64,000 bases of DNA from Amphiscolops sp. MND2022. Taxonomy: Eukaryota. Under the pieces are notes generated by a model that saw nothing but the letters and a program-made list of their open reading frames with translations, was not told where the DNA came from and ran no database searches. Numbering within the stretch: the first letter of the stretch is position 1; each line of letters opens with the position of its first letter. Positions 62,161 to 64,000 of the stretch are shown piece after piece. The position numbers and the translations under genes are program-made. The DNA lies in assembly GCA_964187785.1 (NCBI GenBank), contig OZ076410.1:15066001-15130000 (forward strand), given 5' to 3'.

Positions 62161-63538
62161 GTCTCGGAAACTCGAATACCGAGTAACTCAAATGGTGAAA
62201 GTTGACAAAAAAGGGACTACCACGAATGAAGACAAGCAAGTATGATGATCAATGTTACGTGATGAAAGGAATTAGAATGAAAAAGGAGTGATAATATACA
62301 TATAAACTGACTGTAATTGAGAAATACTGATGTCTTACTTAAAAATGTAAATTCAAAAACTTGAAATTGTTGGAGAAATTAAACAGAAGTTGTGGCGTCT
62401 TCAAGATAAGGCAAAAAAGCAAATGACCTATGCAATAGGAGAAAACCAAGAACTATACTTTCTTCTGATTGGTCAGTTAAATTGTCAATCATTTCTGCCG
62501 GGATGATTGATTACGTAATTGGCATTCACAAAAGTATCACACTATACAGCGAGCAAACAGCAGTCTCTGAGCAACCCGCTGTGGATTCACACCATTAGAG
62601 CATACGGCAATATGCTGGACTACGAATATACTTGTGCGGCAGTATGCGGAATTACTATGAACGCATATGCAACAGCATACGGAAATTCAAATATACTTAT
62701 GCAGCAGTATGCGAAATTGCTATGAAAGTATATGCAGCAACCTACAGAAAAACGGATATGCTTTCGCGGCATTATACGGTTTTAGCACAGACGTATATGC
62801 GGCAGCAAATACGTGGCGACAGCTGGAATGTATATACAGAGATACATGATGAGATACGATGAATTAAGTTAACGCGTGAATTCCCACCTAGTCCACCTAT
62901 CTATGAACAGTCTGTTACCCATACTCGCCACAAGAGATTGCGCACTTTTCAAGTGCGGGACATCAAATGATACACCATGATATGGTCATATGATTTGAAA
63001 CTTAGTGAAACATTAAAATAGTCATGTAATATGTTTTTCCCTGATATGAATTTCATTGATGTCTTTGAAAAAAAACACATGTAGTAGTTGACTCATTGCT
63101 TTTCGTAGATTCTTAAGCCATGCTATTTTTGTTTACGTCATATTTAAATGTTGTTAAAACAAAATTGGAAACATCAAAAAGGAGATTACCGTTGAAAGAT
63201 GAGGTGGAAGAACTCACACCTACTTTGTTTATTTATCTTTATGGAAGGAAACTCAACCCTAACGCCTTACATATATGGTAATCCGCCATCCCCGCCCCAC
63301 ATAAGGTTTTCGTTAAACCCACGCAACCATGACACTCAATGTTTTCGCGGGGTTTTATCAAAATCAGGAAAAACTGAGAGGAAGATTCACCTTATGGACT
63401 TCATAAATTCACAAATCAGTCATTTTGTGAAAACTCTTGAAAACTCAAAACTCAAAATAACTTCTTTGTAAAATTGAAAATGAACAAGCTTCAATTTAAT
63501 ATTGACGAAGACTGTTTGTAATCCCCCATATCACCTGA

Positions 63539-63886
63539 CATGGTGGACATTTCAAGTTAGTCATAAGATGCGTTCTCCATCGCGCCCGGGGACATTACTC
63601 AATTATTGGAAAGATTCCGGATAAACCCGACTGGGAGCAATCTGAAATCCGCATTTGTGGGTGCAATAGCGGCTACCTTGTTCCTTAATACAAGTGCGAC
63701 ACCTGTCAAGATGCAGTGACATTTGCATCAGGGACTCAGTTGGAAAGGGACCTTATGGAGCTGATTGGAGACCGCCAGATCGAACAAGCAGGTTCCCTGA
63801 ACTCGTTTATAGACAGTGAGTTTGAAGAAGGGAATTTATTCCCATGGACAATGATCAATGGACCCGTAGAGGCTACAAATAGTTAA
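63539..63886 (+). pseudogene. Unidentified decayed reading frame
   Basis: HGGHFKLVIRCVLHRARGHYSIIGK...VP*YKCDTCQ...EATNS*, one internal TAA at 63686; GC-richer than flank. Confidence 0.3.
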
Positions 63887-64000
63887 GGTCGCCCCACTGC
63901 TAGAATTCGTCCGACTCTGAGGACAGATTCTGACGACATAGGAATCCTGCCGCGACCAAAACCAGTGTACCGCCCAATCACAGGCCTGAGTTAGCGAATT

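Overview
AT-rich, repeat-dense animal genomic DNA with spliceosomal introns and two N gaps. The repeat families and the lectin gene remind me of acoel flatworm genomes, which is inference only. The window opens inside a Maverick/Polinton (adintovirus-like) element: a penton/minor-capsid ORF runs off the left edge (1-324, absent from the ORF track), followed by tightly packed small minus-strand accessory ORFs (at least one spliced) and an ...ACTACT terminus at 4178. Three host genes follow on the minus strand: an intronless secreted PAN/apple + C-type lectin, a TXNDC17/TRP14-like thioredoxin, and a five-coding-exon Elongin A. One Elongin A intron is ~10.2 kb and holds a hAT element, a 1.8-kb triplication and an I-group LINE. 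The right 37 kb is almost entirely retroelements: duplicated CR1/L2-type LINE pieces, an I-group LINE interrupted by a Ty1/copia element (TG...GA LTRs, 2.5-kb internal duplication), Helentron/DINE-like and foldback repeats, and a decayed Ty3/gypsy element with a protease-gene hairpin and two long antisense ORF relics. All assignments come from manual reading and motif recognition; no database searches were run.
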